In this document: positions 31,648 to 43,416 of the stretch, piece after piece
Layout of the letters: each line of letters starts with the position of its first letter
How positions within the stretch are numbered: the stretch's first letter is position 1
Source of the DNA: Gammaproteobacteria bacterium
GTDB lineage: Bacteria > Pseudomonadota > Gammaproteobacteria > GCA-001735895
Direction of reading: 5' to 3'
Assembly (NCBI GenBank): GCA_020354435.1
Contig: CP070646.1
Location: 2,922,175 to 2,986,174 of the forward strand
DNA length: 64,000 nt
The notes under the pieces: generated by a model
The model's database searches: none
What the model was told of the DNA's origin: nothing
Seen by the model: only the letters and a program-made list of their open reading frames with translations
Translations under genes and position numbers: made by a program

Positions 31648-32991
31648 CTAGTTCCGCATTGCGTCGATCAGGCGTTGATGGATGTTGTCGAAACCGCCAT
31701 TGCTCATGATAACGACTTGATCCCCTGACCGACAATGTTGTACTAAGTAATCGATAATTTGTTGTGAATCGGTTTTTACATCTACTATTGTAGGCGCAGA
31801 TTGCGCCATTTTCTCGAGATCCCACTGCAAACCCGGAATTTCGCAAAGTAAAACCAGGTCGGCGGCGGCCAGCGACTGGCCAAGCTGGGATGCATGTGCG
31901 CCCATTTTCATCGTGTTCGAACGAATATCGAGCACGCCTATCAGGCGTCCCGGGGTCCGGCCTTTAAGCGCTTCCAGGGTTAACGCAATCGCGGTCGGAT
32001 GGTGGGCGAAATCGTCGATGATGCGTACGCCATCGATTTCGGCAATGATCTCCTGGCGTCGGCGCACGCCCCTGAACTCGCGCAGGGCCGCAAGCGAGGT
32101 TTCTATCGGAATTCCGGCATCACGCGCGGCGATAATGGCAGCGCTCGCGTTAAGCGCGTTGAATTGCCCGGGCTGCGAAAGCTCGAGCGGATACCTGGCC
32201 TTGCCGTTATCGACATACAGCGCCAGGTCCGCGTCGAGATAAAAGTCCGCGCCGGAATCACGCGTGGAGAAATCGATGCGGTTGCTCCAGCAACCCATTT
32301 GCAGAACATCAAGCAGGTTGTCGTCGTCCCGGTTGACGACGATTAACGCCGACGCCGGCAGCGTGCGTACCAGATGATGGAACTGGCGTTTGATCGCGTT
32401 CAGGTCGTCGAAGATATCGGCATGATCGAATTCGAGGTTGTTCAGGATCAGCGTCCGGGGATGGTAATGCACGAACTTGGATCGTTTGTCGAACAGCGCC
32501 GAGTCGTATTCGTCGGCCTCGATGACGAAGAAGGGGTCGCTGCCGAGCCTGGCCGAAGCGTTAAAATTGTGGCCGACGCCGCCGATCAGATAGCCGGGAT
32601 CAAGGCCGGCGTGCTCGAGGATCCAGGCCAGCATGCTGCTGGTCGTGGTTTTGCCATGCGTGCCGGCCACCGCCAGCACCCAGCGGCTTTGCAATGCCGC
32701 CTCGTAAAGCCACTGGGGCCCTGAGCAGTAGCGCAGGCCCTGGTCGAGGATTGCCTCGAATTGGGGGTTACCGCGGGTAATCGCGTTGCCAACGATATAC
32801 ATATCGCAATCCGACGGCAGCGATTCTGCATCGTAACCCTGATGCAGGTGAATGCCGGCCTTTTCCAGCTGCGTGCTCATCGGCGGGTAAACGTTCGCAT
32901 CGGAACCTTCGACCCCGTAGCCGAGTTCGCGAGCGATTAACGCAATGCCGGCCATGAAGGTGCCGCAGATACCGAGAATGTAAATCTTCAC
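31648..32991 (-). CDS. mpl: UDP-N-acetylmuramate:L-alanyl-gamma-D-glutamyl-meso-diaminopimelate ligase
   Basis: MKIYILGICGTFMAGIALIARELGYGVEGSD. Confidence 0.9.
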   Translation of the reverse strand: MKIYILGICGTFMAGIALIARELGYGVEGSDANVYPPMSTQLEKAGIHLHQGYDAESLPSDCDMYIVGNAITRGNPQFEAILDQGLRYCSGPQWLYEAALQSRWVLAVAGTHGKTTTSSMLAWILEHAGLDPGYLIGGVGHNFNASARLGSDPFFVIEADEYDSALFDKRSKFVHYHPRTLILNNLEFDHADIFDDLNAIKRQFHHLVRTLPASALIVVNRDDDNLLDVLQMGCWSNRIDFSTRDSGADFYLDADLALYVDNGKARYPLELSQPGQFNALNASAAIIAARDAGIPIETSLAALREFRGVRRRQEIIAEIDGVRIIDDFAHHPTAIALTLEALKGRTPGRLIGVLDIRSNTMKMGAHASQLGQSLAAADLVLLCEIPGLQWDLEKMAQSAPTIVDVKTDSQQIIDYLVQHCRSGDQVVIMSNGGFDNIHQRLIDAMRN

Positions 32992-33506
32992 CAGTAAAAC
33001 CAGATCAGGATGAATTGATAAACCACGTAGTAATTGAAGGCTATCATAGCTGAAAGAAAGGTCGAGATTTCAAAAGCACGTTTGAAGATCAGCGACATGA
33101 TCGCGAGATTCCACAGCAGCACCAGGTAAAAAATCGGGTTTTGCAACATGTTTTCATAACCGTCTCCGAATCGGTAGACAATGATCGAAACCACGGTCAT
33201 GAGCATGTTGATACCGACCAGTGCGGAAAACGTCTGTTGAAACCGTGCTATAGAATTTTTCCAGCGCAGTCCGAGGTAAGCTACCAGCGCCAGCAGACCG
33301 ATTTCCAGCGTCAGGTGCGCGCTCAACTCGGCGAAGCCGCGTTCTTCGTCAACCAGCAACAGGCACAGCAGGTAATAACTGAGTAGCGTCAGGGCAGTGC
33401 AATGGGGACTATAGGGCAGCCGTGCCGGGCTCGATAAAAACAGGCTCATGTAGACGTATTGTCCGAGGCTAGTGAGCCATAAGCCGAGGATGTTTTGCAT
33501 CGGCAC
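32988..33506 (-). CDS. hypothetical polytopic membrane protein
   Basis: About 5 TM helices over 172 aa. Overlaps the mpl start by 4 nt. No recognisable family. Confidence 0.5.
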   Translation of the reverse strand: MPMQNILGLWLTSLGQYVYMSLFLSSPARLPYSPHCTALTLLSYYLLCLLLVDEERGFAELSAHLTLEIGLLALVAYLGLRWKNSIARFQQTFSALVGINMLMTVVSIIVYRFGDGYENMLQNPIFYLVLLWNLAIMSLIFKRAFEISTFLSAMIAFNYYVVYQFILIWFYW

Positions 33507-33668
33507 ATCATAGCGGGTTGGCGCCGCAACACAATGCCGCGTCGCAATTTACCCCGCGTTCGCTGGCGGCAAGGATTTTCTTCGCCCGGATACGCGGCTG
33601 GCAAACAAAAATGAATGAGGAAAAAATACCAGTTGGTTATAATCCCCTGCTTTTGGCCGACAATTTAA

Positions 33669-34592
33669 ATGAACGATACCCCCGCGACCGATTTGCATAG
33701 CTTTCAGGGTCTGATCCAGACCCTGCAAAACTACTGGTCCGGCCAGGGTTGCGTGATCCTGCAGCCGTTGGACATGGAAGTCGGAGCCGGCACCTTTCAC
33801 CCGGCTACTTTTATCAGGGCCATAGGACCGGAACCCTGGCGCGCGGCCTACGTGCAGCCAAGCCGGCGGCCGACCGACGGGCGCTACGGGGAAAACCCGA
33901 ACCGGTTGCAGCATTACTTCCAGTTTCAGGTACTGCTCAAGCCGTCTCCCGACGATTTCCAGGAACTTTACCTGGGGTCGCTGCAGGCGCTCGGTTTCGA
34001 TACGCTGGTGCACGATATCCGTTTCGTCGAGGATAACTGGGAGTCGCCCACACTGGGTGCCTGGGGTCTTGGCTGGGAAGTCTGGCTGAACGGCATGGAG
34101 GTCACCCAGTTCACGTATTTTCAACAGGTCGGCGGTCTCGAATGCCACCCGGTTTCCGGCGAAATCACCTACGGCATCGAACGTCTGGCGATGTATATGC
34201 AGGGCGTGGATAACATCTTCGACCTGGTCTGGACCCGCGGGCCGCAAGGTATCGTCACCTATGGCGATATTTACCACCAGAACGAGGTCGAACAGTCCAC
34301 CTATAACTTCGAACTCGCCGATACCGACGCGCTGTTCAACTGGTTCGATGTGTGCGAGGCCCAGTGCCAGTTGCTGATCGAAAAAAAGCTGCCGCTGCCG
34401 GCCTACGAACAGGTGATGAAGGCATCTCACGCGTTCAATCTGCTCGATGCCCGTCATGCGATTTCGGTGACCGAGCGCCAGCGTTTCATTCTGCGCGTGC
34501 GCACGCTGTCGCGCGCCGTCGCCGAGTGTTACTACGAATCCCGCGAAGCGCTGGGTTTTCCGTTGATCAAACAGGAGGCTGGCGATGACTAG
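33669..34592 (+). CDS. glyQ: glycine--tRNA ligase alpha subunit
   Basis: [34 protein letters not shown]…[28 protein letters not shown]. Confidence 0.95.
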   Translation: MNDTPATDLHSFQGLIQTLQNYWSGQGCVILQPLDMEVGAGTFHPATFIRAIGPEPWRAAYVQPSRRPTDGRYGENPNRLQHYFQFQVLLKPSPDDFQELYLGSLQALGFDTLVHDIRFVEDNWESPTLGAWGLGWEVWLNGMEVTQFTYFQQVGGLECHPVSGEITYGIERLAMYMQGVDNIFDLVWTRGPQGIVTYGDIYHQNEVEQSTYNFELADTDALFNWFDVCEAQCQLLIEKKLPLPAYEQVMKASHAFNLLDARHAISVTERQRFILRVRTLSRAVAECYYESREALGFPLIKQEAGDD

Positions 34593-34630
34593 CCTGTTTA
34601 TCGGCAATCGCGGCAGAAGGGTGGTTAGAT

Positions 34631-36700
34631 ATGAAGGCCAGTGACTGCCTTATCGAAGTCGGTACTGAAGAGCTGCCGCCACGCGCGCTCAAGTCCCTGG
34701 TGCAGGATTTTTCCGCGCTAATGCAACAGGCGCTGGCGGAACATGAGCTGGCGCCGGCACGGGTTGAAATCTTCGCCACGCCACGCCGCCTGGCGCTGCT
34801 ATTGCGCGATACGCCGCTGCGCCAGGCTGACCAGGAGATCGAAAAACGCGGTCCGGCGCTGGCGGCCGCTTTCGACGAAGATGGCAATCCGTCACGCGCT
34901 GCGCTCGGTTTCGCCGCGTCCTGCGGTGTCGAACTCGATCAACTCGAGCGTCGCGAGACCGACAAGGGTAGCTGGCTTTATTACCGCAGCACCCGGGCCG
35001 GGCAGAGCCTGCAGGACCTGTTGCCCGGTTTGCTCGCGCGCGCACTTGCTGAGTTGCCGATTCCGAAACGCATGCGCTGGGGCAGTCGCAGTGAAGACTT
35101 CGTGCGTCCGGTCAAATGGCTGGTGCTGATGATCGACGACCAAGTTGTCGATACCGAGATTTTCGGCCTGCGTTCAGGTAACCGGAGTTTTGGTCACCGC
35201 TTTCACGCGCCGCAGGCGTTAGAGATTCCGTCGGCACGGCAGTACGAAGAAGTTCTGCGCTCCAGGGGGCTCGTGATCGCGAGTTTCGAGCAGCGCCGCG
35301 ACACGATTCGCCACCAGGTCGAACAGGCGGCCGCAGGGCTTGGCGGCGAGGCGCATATCGAGGATAACCTGCTGGATGAAGTCACCGCGCTGGTTGAGTA
35401 TCCTGTTGCGGTATGCGGCGAATTCGATGCCGATTTTCTCGAGTTGCCGGTGGAAGTACTGGTCATGACGATGCAGGAAAACCAGAAGTATTTCGCCCTG
35501 TTTGATAGCCACGGTGCATTGCTGCCGCATTTTATTGCTATTGCCAATATCGACAGCCGCAAACCCGAGGTGGTTGCCAGCGGCAACGAGCGCGTGATCC
35601 GGCCGCGCTTTGCCGATGCCGGTTTCTTTTTTGCCCAGGACCGCAAGCAGGGGCTCGACGTGATGCGTTTCCGCCTCGATTCGGTCGTGTTCCAGGAAAA
35701 GCTGGGTAGCCTTGGTGAAAAGACCGCGCGCATCATTCGCCTGGCCAAGTATATCGCCAGCCACACCGGCGGCGACCAGGACCTGGTACGGCGCGCCGCA
35801 GACCTGTGCAAGGCTGACCTGATGAGCGACATGGTCGGAGAGTTTCCCAGGCTGCAGGGAGTCATGGGGCGTTACTATGCGCAGTTGCAACAGGAAGAGC
35901 AGTCGGTCTGCGATGCGATCGAACAGCACTACTGGCCACGTCATGCCGGAGACCAACTGCCGCAAGGCACCATCGCGCAAGCGCTGGCGCTGGCGGACCG
36001 GCTCGATACGCTGGTCGGCATCTTCTCCATCGGCGAAAAACCCGGTGGCGACAAGGATCCGTTTGCACTGCGCCGTGCCGCGCTCGGAGTATTGCGTATC
36101 ATCGTCGAGGGTGAGTTACCGCTGGATCTGAAGGACCTGTGCCAGGCAGCCGCTGACGGCTACTACGGCAAGGTCGAGGCGGCGGAGGTGATCGACGAAG
36201 TTATCGACTATGTATTTGATCGTCTGCGGGCTTATTACCAGGAGCAGGGCATCGGCTTCGATATCGTCGATGCGGTCGCTTACAACCGTCCGGGACGGTT
36301 GTACGATTGCGATATGCGCATCCGTGCTGTACATGAGTTTCAAAGTCATGAAGCGGCGTCCGCGCTGGCTGCAGCGAACAAGCGTATCAGCAATATCTTA
36401 AAGAAGCAGGAGAACCTGGCTGATACTGTCGATCAGAACCTGTTGCGGGAAGAAGCTGAAAAACAGCTTTACCGGCAATTACAGGAGCTCGGCGAAGGGG
36501 TTGTCGCGATGTTTGGCGCCGGGCAGTACCTGCAGGGCCTGGAACGTTTGGCCGAGCTGCGGCCGGTAGTCGACCGGTTTTTCGACGAGGTCATGGTGAT
36601 GGTGGATGATGCCAGTTTACGAAACAACCGACTTGCGCTGCTCGATCAGCTACTGCAAAGTTTTCGCCTGGTCGCGGATTTTTCAAGAATTCAGTCCTGA
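34631..36700 (+). CDS. glyS: glycine--tRNA ligase beta subunit
   Basis: 689 aa, in the conserved glyQS arrangement: LIEVGTEELPP…. Confidence 0.9.
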   Translation: MKASDCLIEVGTEELPPRALKSLVQDFSALMQQALAEHELAPARVEIFATPRRLALLLRDTPLRQADQEIEKRGPALAAAFDEDGNPSRAALGFAASCGVELDQLERRETDKGSWLYYRSTRAGQSLQDLLPGLLARALAELPIPKRMRWGSRSEDFVRPVKWLVLMIDDQVVDTEIFGLRSGNRSFGHRFHAPQALEIPSARQYEEVLRSRGLVIASFEQRRDTIRHQVEQAAAGLGGEAHIEDNLLDEVTALVEYPVAVCGEFDADFLELPVEVLVMTMQENQKYFALFDSHGALLPHFIAIANIDSRKPEVVASGNERVIRPRFADAGFFFAQDRKQGLDVMRFRLDSVVFQEKLGSLGEKTARIIRLAKYIASHTGGDQDLVRRAADLCKADLMSDMVGEFPRLQGVMGRYYAQLQQEEQSVCDAIEQHYWPRHAGDQLPQGTIAQALALADRLDTLVGIFSIGEKPGGDKDPFALRRAALGVLRIIVEGELPLDLKDLCQAAADGYYGKVEAAEVIDEVIDYVFDRLRAYYQEQGIGFDIVDAVAYNRPGRLYDCDMRIRAVHEFQSHEAASALAAANKRISNILKKQENLADTVDQNLLREEAEKQLYRQLQELGEGVVAMFGAGQYLQGLERLAELRPVVDRFFDEVMVMVDDASLRNNRLALLDQLLQSFRLVADFSRIQS

Positions 36701-36800
36701 GGGACGTAGTTAAAGACGGGAGACTCGAGTGCCAGGCCTGCATATCTCACCACAGTCCTCAGCGAGCCTGTCGGCAGCCGCAACAGGAGGCTGATGAGAT

Positions 36801-37346
36801 ATGCGGGCTAAAATGGTAATCCTCGACCGGGATGGTGTCATTAACCACATGCTGGACGGCGACGTGACCTCCGCCGACGACTGGGATCCGATACCGGGCA
36901 GCATCGAAGCCATCAGCCGCCTGAAAAAAGCGGGTTACCTGGTAACCGTGGCAAGTAATCAATCTGGTATCGCGCGCGGGCAATACAGCGAAAAGGATTT
37001 GCAGGCGATGCATGACAAGATGCAGAAACTGCTGGCGGCCCGCGGTGTCAGCGTCGACGGCATTTTTTACTGTCCCCACGGACCTGAAGCCAATTGTATC
37101 TGTCGTAAACCAAAACCCGGACTGCTGTACCAGATCGCAAAACAGTTCGACATCGATTTATCGCAAACGCCATTGGTGGGAGACAACATCAGCGATATAA
37201 GGGCCGCGAAGATGGCCAATGCGAAACCGATACTGGTACGTACCGGCAAGGGTGAGTACGTGATGCAACATTTCCCCGAAGCGCTCGATGTTCCGGTTTA
37301 TGATGATCTGGCGCATTTCGTTCGTGAAACCCTGCGCAAGAAATAG
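36801..37346 (+). CDS. gmhB: D-glycero-beta-D-manno-heptose-1,7-bisphosphate 7-phosphatase
   Basis: ILDRDGVIN…CPHGPEANCICRKPKPGLL is the HAD signature. Confidence 0.85.
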   Translation: MRAKMVILDRDGVINHMLDGDVTSADDWDPIPGSIEAISRLKKAGYLVTVASNQSGIARGQYSEKDLQAMHDKMQKLLAARGVSVDGIFYCPHGPEANCICRKPKPGLLYQIAKQFDIDLSQTPLVGDNISDIRAAKMANAKPILVRTGKGEYVMQHFPEALDVPVYDDLAHFVRETLRKK

Positions 37347-37356
37347 AGAACGGCCT

Positions 37357-38118
37357 GTGGTAAGCCCGCTATACAGGTTCTGGTTGGGGGTTCGCTCAAC
37401 GCTTTTCTGGATTGCCTTTTTACCGATGACGCTGATTCTGGCCGGCCTGCTGTCGCTGTCGTTTTTCATGCCGCTGAAGTTTCGTATCGGAATCATCAAG
37501 ACCTGGATCGGTTACAGCCTCGGCTGCCTGCGCCTGTTCTGTGGTCTCGACTACGAGATCGAAGGTCTGGAAAATATCCCCGACAACGGTTTTATCGTCA
37601 TGAGCAAACACAGCTCGACCTGGGAAACGATCGCGCTGCAGCGCCATTTTCGGCCAATGGTCTGGGTGGTCAAACGCGAGCTGACCTGGATTCCTTTTTT
37701 CGGCTGGGCGCTGAAAGCGATGGATGCTATCGCGCTCAATCGTGGCACCGGCCGCAAGGCCATCAACCAGCTGGTGCGGGAAAGCAAGGTCAGCATGGAC
37801 AAGGGACGAATTCTGATGCTGTTCCCCGAGGGAACGCGCGTGCCGCCGGGGCAGAAAAAACCGTTCAAGCTGGGCGGTGCGATCGTGTCGCAGCAAACCG
37901 GCTACGTGGTGCTGCCGATCGCGCACAACGCCGGCGAGTATTGGCCCCGGCACAGCTGGATCAAGTGGCCCGGTAAAATCCGTGTCGTGATCGGCAAGCC
38001 GGTCGATCCCACGGACAAAAACCCGGAACAAATCATCACCGAGGTTGCCGACTGGATTCTCGCCGAATGCGATAGAATCAGCGACCGGGCGCAGCTGCAG
38101 CGTCTGGGTATATCGTGA
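37357..38118 (+). CDS. plsC: 1-acyl-sn-glycerol-3-phosphate acyltransferase
   Basis: HSSTWE (an HX4D variant) and FPEGTR motifs. A GTG start at 37357 was chosen to avoid overlap with gmhB; the track ORF begins at 37288. Confidence 0.7.
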   Translation: MVSPLYRFWLGVRSTLFWIAFLPMTLILAGLLSLSFFMPLKFRIGIIKTWIGYSLGCLRLFCGLDYEIEGLENIPDNGFIVMSKHSSTWETIALQRHFRPMVWVVKRELTWIPFFGWALKAMDAIALNRGTGRKAINQLVRESKVSMDKGRILMLFPEGTRVPPGQKKPFKLGGAIVSQQTGYVVLPIAHNAGEYWPRHSWIKWPGKIRVVIGKPVDPTDKNPEQIITEVADWILAECDRISDRAQLQRLGIS

Positions 38119-38219
38119 AGTACCCGGCGACCATGCCCGGGAAAAACATGCCATACGTCATTCAACATTTATTCCGATTTCGTAGCGCTGAATCGAGCCG
38201 TTCCGGAAGGTCGAGTTCG

Positions 38220-38858
38220 ATGCTGCTCCGCTATGGTTTAATGTTGCTTTTGTTTTACTCGGGCCTGGTTAACGCTTTCTGGAGCGGTGTCGCATTTGAG
38301 TTCGGCAGTATCGATTCGGACTGGGATTTCAAGCACGAAACCCGTGAAGCGCAAATCGACCAAATCAGTATCAAGCTGGAGGATAAAGTCGGTTCGAGTC
38401 TGACAGGGGGGCTGGAACTTGGCTATTTCGATATGCGCGTGGTTGCTCCCGATAGCAGTACCGCGGAAACCCTGAAATTCGATGGTGCATTTTTCGGTGT
38501 CTATCTGCGTCAGCCAGTCCCTATCAGTGACTGGTTATCCCTGTATGGAAAGATCGGGCTGCGTTATACCAGCGGTAGCGAGAGCGGTGATGGCAACGCC
38601 GATATCGACTGGACGACCGCTCTGTTTGAACTCGGAATGGGCTTGCGGTTTTCGAATTACCGTGTTACTCCGTTTGTTGTCTACGAGGACGTCGACGGTG
38701 ATATCAGCAACGATGGTACCGAAACGTTCGAAATGGACGACGAAATTACCCAGGGTATTAAGTTCGATTATTTCACCGATAGCGTGTCTTTTATCCAGTT
38801 GGTTTTCGTCACTGGCGGTAACGAGGGCGGTTACATTAATTTCGTGCGCCGCTACTGA
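38220..38858 (+). CDS. outer-membrane beta-barrel protein (OmpW/OmpA-like)
   Basis: Signal peptide MLLRYGLMLLLFYSGLVNA, alternating amphipathic strands, and a C-terminal aromatic (…FVRRY). The start was taken at Met36 of the track ORF. Confidence 0.55.
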   Translation: MLLRYGLMLLLFYSGLVNAFWSGVAFEFGSIDSDWDFKHETREAQIDQISIKLEDKVGSSLTGGLELGYFDMRVVAPDSSTAETLKFDGAFFGVYLRQPVPISDWLSLYGKIGLRYTSGSESGDGNADIDWTTALFELGMGLRFSNYRVTPFVVYEDVDGDISNDGTETFEMDDEITQGIKFDYFTDSVSFIQLVFVTGGNEGGYINFVRRY

Positions 38859-39568
38859 GAGGCATTGAGATAATGTTGCTTGCGGTCGCTGTAAACCTGG
38901 ATGAGTTCGTCGATCTTATCCTGATCGTACTCGCGCAAACCGCTTAACACCATTTTCTTTTGCCCCTTGCCGACGGTATTGCCGTTACAGCAAAGATCGA
39001 AATTCAGGGCGACGTCGCCGCGTTTACCATAGAGGCGGAATACCTTTTCGGTCAGGTTGAGATCAACCGATTCGATGTCGAGGGTGTCGAGGGAAATGCG
39101 CATGTGATCGTAAATGACCAGCGGCCGCTCGGTATTGATCATGACGTTGTTTTCCTTCATTAACGGCACGAGCACATGCGGAAAGGTATGGCCGGAAAAC
39201 TCGACGTAGTTGCGCGTCAACGAATCGATCAATTGATTGTTATGGCTTTGTTTGCCATTGGTCGAGACATCGAGGTACTTTTTGTCGTTTTCGTCGTAGA
39301 TCGATATCTCGCGCGCGTTGACTTTCGGCAGAATCAACGTCACGTCGTCGCCGACCATACCGGAAAACGAAAACCCCATCGTCTGTCGCAAACCGTAATG
39401 ATGGATAATCACCGAAAACAACAGGTCTCCCGGTACGCAAAAGCGCTTCGAATCGACATCGTGAATCGAGTTGAAATCGCCGGCGACTGTTTTTGCGAAA
39501 TTGCTTGCCTGCACTCGCGTAAACGAAAGTCTGGATCCCTCCAGATTACAGTATTGTTCTAGATTCAT
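38852..39568 (-). CDS. hypothetical protein, possibly DUF3581 family
   Basis: 238 aa, AT-richer than its neighbours, lying next to yheS. The family assignment is from memory of pattern only. Confidence 0.4.
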   Translation of the reverse strand: MNLEQYCNLEGSRLSFTRVQASNFAKTVAGDFNSIHDVDSKRFCVPGDLLFSVIIHHYGLRQTMGFSFSGMVGDDVTLILPKVNAREISIYDENDKKYLDVSTNGKQSHNNQLIDSLTRNYVEFSGHTFPHVLVPLMKENNVMINTERPLVIYDHMRISLDTLDIESVDLNLTEKVFRLYGKRGDVALNFDLCCNGNTVGKGQKKMVLSGLREYDQDKIDELIQVYSDRKQHYLNASQ

Positions 39569-39897
39569 ATTATTCTCGGGTTAACTTCCCGCGACCCCGG
39601 GTGGTATCTTACCTCATTTACAGGAAGGGTAGTTAATCTCAATATTGCGGCCGCCGTGCACGGCCTTTTGCAAAAGCGATCGAATCGTTGGAGTAAATAG
39701 TGCTTTTAAGCGAAACATCAGACATACGGATTGTCGCCGGAGTGAATCCGCTGCCGGCGCCGTCGGCTGCAGGCGCTTCTGTTTTTCCGCGCTATCCGCG
39801 TGACGGCGTCCGCATTACTATCCTGCCGGACACCGACGCGGTAATCAGGCCAGTGTGATCGACATGGCGCAGCAAAAGGGCATTGCCCGGAACTATC

Positions 39898-41763
<1,866 letters not shown>

Positions 41764-41780
41764 CCATCGGCTAATGCGGG

Positions 41781-43220
41781 CTAGGTAGAGCGGCAATCGC
41801 AAACGATTTTACCCAGGGTTATGAGCGCGTTCTCGGTCTCCTGGTTCCACGGCGAGCCGCAGTTGATGCGCAGATGATTCTTGAAACGTCGTGTTGCCGA
41901 GAACAGGATGCCCGGCGTGATCGCGATATTGTGTTCCAGCGCCCGGTTGAATATATCGATACAGTTGCAACCTTCCGGCATTTCCACCCATAACACATTA
42001 CCGCCATGCGGATGCGAGATTCGGGTGCCTTCGGGGAAGTTCTTGGCAATCATGAAGCGCCCACGCTCGACCTGTTCACGCATGGCGACGCGCAGCCGGG
42101 CCAGGTGACGGTCGTATTGCCCGCTGCTGAGAAACTCGGCCAGGGCGAGCTGGTTGATCGAAGACGTTGCCGAAGACCAGGCCTGTTTGAATTGCAGGAA
42201 TTTCTTGTGGTAGCGGCCGGCGATGACCCAGCCCACACGATGGCCCGGCGCCAGCGTTTTGGAAAAGGACGAGCAACTCAGCACGATATTGTTGAGATCG
42301 TAAGACTTGGCCGGACGCGGCGGCTTGTCGCCGAAGTACACGCTGCCATAAACGTCGTCCTCGATCAGCGGAATGTCGCGCTCCGCCAGCAGGTTAACGA
42401 GTTCGCGTTTGCGTTCCTCCGGCATCTGGCAGCCGAGCGGATTACTGGTATTGGGAGAAGCCATCACGGCCTTGATATCCATCGTATCGAAGGCTTCTTC
42501 GAGTGCTTCGATGTCCAATCCGGTTACCGGGTCGGTATCGATTTCGACCGCCAGCATGCCCATTTGCTCGATCATGCGCAAAACGGCGAAATAGGTCGGA
42601 GATTCGACCGCAATGATATCACCGCGCTTGGCGACCGTGCGCAGGCTGATCGACAGGGCCTCGGTAGCGCCCGAGGTAATGATAATATCGTCCGCGCTAA
42701 CCCGGGTGTAGGTTTGCGCGTATTGTTGTGCGATCTGTTCGCGCAGTTTGCGATCGCCGGGCGGGAACAGGTAGTCCATGCTTCTTTGCGGATAGCGGCT
42801 GATAATGCTGCGCGTTGCGCGTGTCAGTGATTTAACCGGCATGAACTCCATCGACGGGTTGGAGGTGCCGAAGGGCGTGATGCGGGGGTTGTTGGCGTTG
42901 CGAAATACCTCTTCGAACAGATCGCCAAATCGTACGCGTCGGGCCCGGCCGGGGGTCGATACCGATCTGTCGATATCGTTGATCTGATTGACCAGCGCGT
43001 TGACGTAAAAACCGGATTGCGGCTTCGCGGTCAAAATTCCCTGGTCTTCGAGGTTGACATAGGACTGGGTTACGGTTGCAATACTGACTCCGAGCTGTTT
43101 GCTGAGCTTGCGCAGTGAAGGCGCCTTGTCGCCGGGTTTGAGATCACCCTTTTCTATCAGTTCGTTGATATAGCGCGAGACCTGTGCGTACTTGAATGTA
43201 TCGGGGCGTGTAACTGTCAT
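41781..43220 (-). CDS. MocR-type PLP-dependent aminotransferase-family (GntR-HTH) transcriptional regulator
   Basis: N-terminal GntR HTH (LPSLRKLSKQLGVSIATVTQSYVNLEDQGIL) with a class-I aminotransferase fold. Confidence 0.85.
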   Translation of the reverse strand: MTVTRPDTFKYAQVSRYINELIEKGDLKPGDKAPSLRKLSKQLGVSIATVTQSYVNLEDQGILTAKPQSGFYVNALVNQINDIDRSVSTPGRARRVRFGDLFEEVFRNANNPRITPFGTSNPSMEFMPVKSLTRATRSIISRYPQRSMDYLFPPGDRKLREQIAQQYAQTYTRVSADDIIITSGATEALSISLRTVAKRGDIIAVESPTYFAVLRMIEQMGMLAVEIDTDPVTGLDIEALEEAFDTMDIKAVMASPNTSNPLGCQMPEERKRELVNLLAERDIPLIEDDVYGSVYFGDKPPRPAKSYDLNNIVLSCSSFSKTLAPGHRVGWVIAGRYHKKFLQFKQAWSSATSSINQLALAEFLSSGQYDRHLARLRVAMREQVERGRFMIAKNFPEGTRISHPHGGNVLWVEMPEGCNCIDIFNRALEHNIAITPGILFSATRRFKNHLRINCGSPWNQETENALITLGKIVCDCRST

Positions 43221-43379
43221 GGTCTATCGGTAACTGTTCCGTACTCATTTTGAAAAAATTGTAACTGTTATTATAACAGTTTCGTCCATATTATTGCATC
43301 ATTGCTGTTGCGGCAGGACAACTGCCCCGGCAAAAAGTTAAAACCCCCTCCTCCTCCTCAGGTTTTGACTTATCGTTAG

Positions 43380-43412
43380 GCCCAATCAAACCAGATTGGG
43401 CCTTTTTTTTGG
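43380..43412 (+). terminator. rho-independent terminator on the plus strand
   Basis: GGCCCAATC-aaacca-GATTGGGCC followed by T9. Confidence 0.7.
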
Positions 43413-43416
43413 TTTT

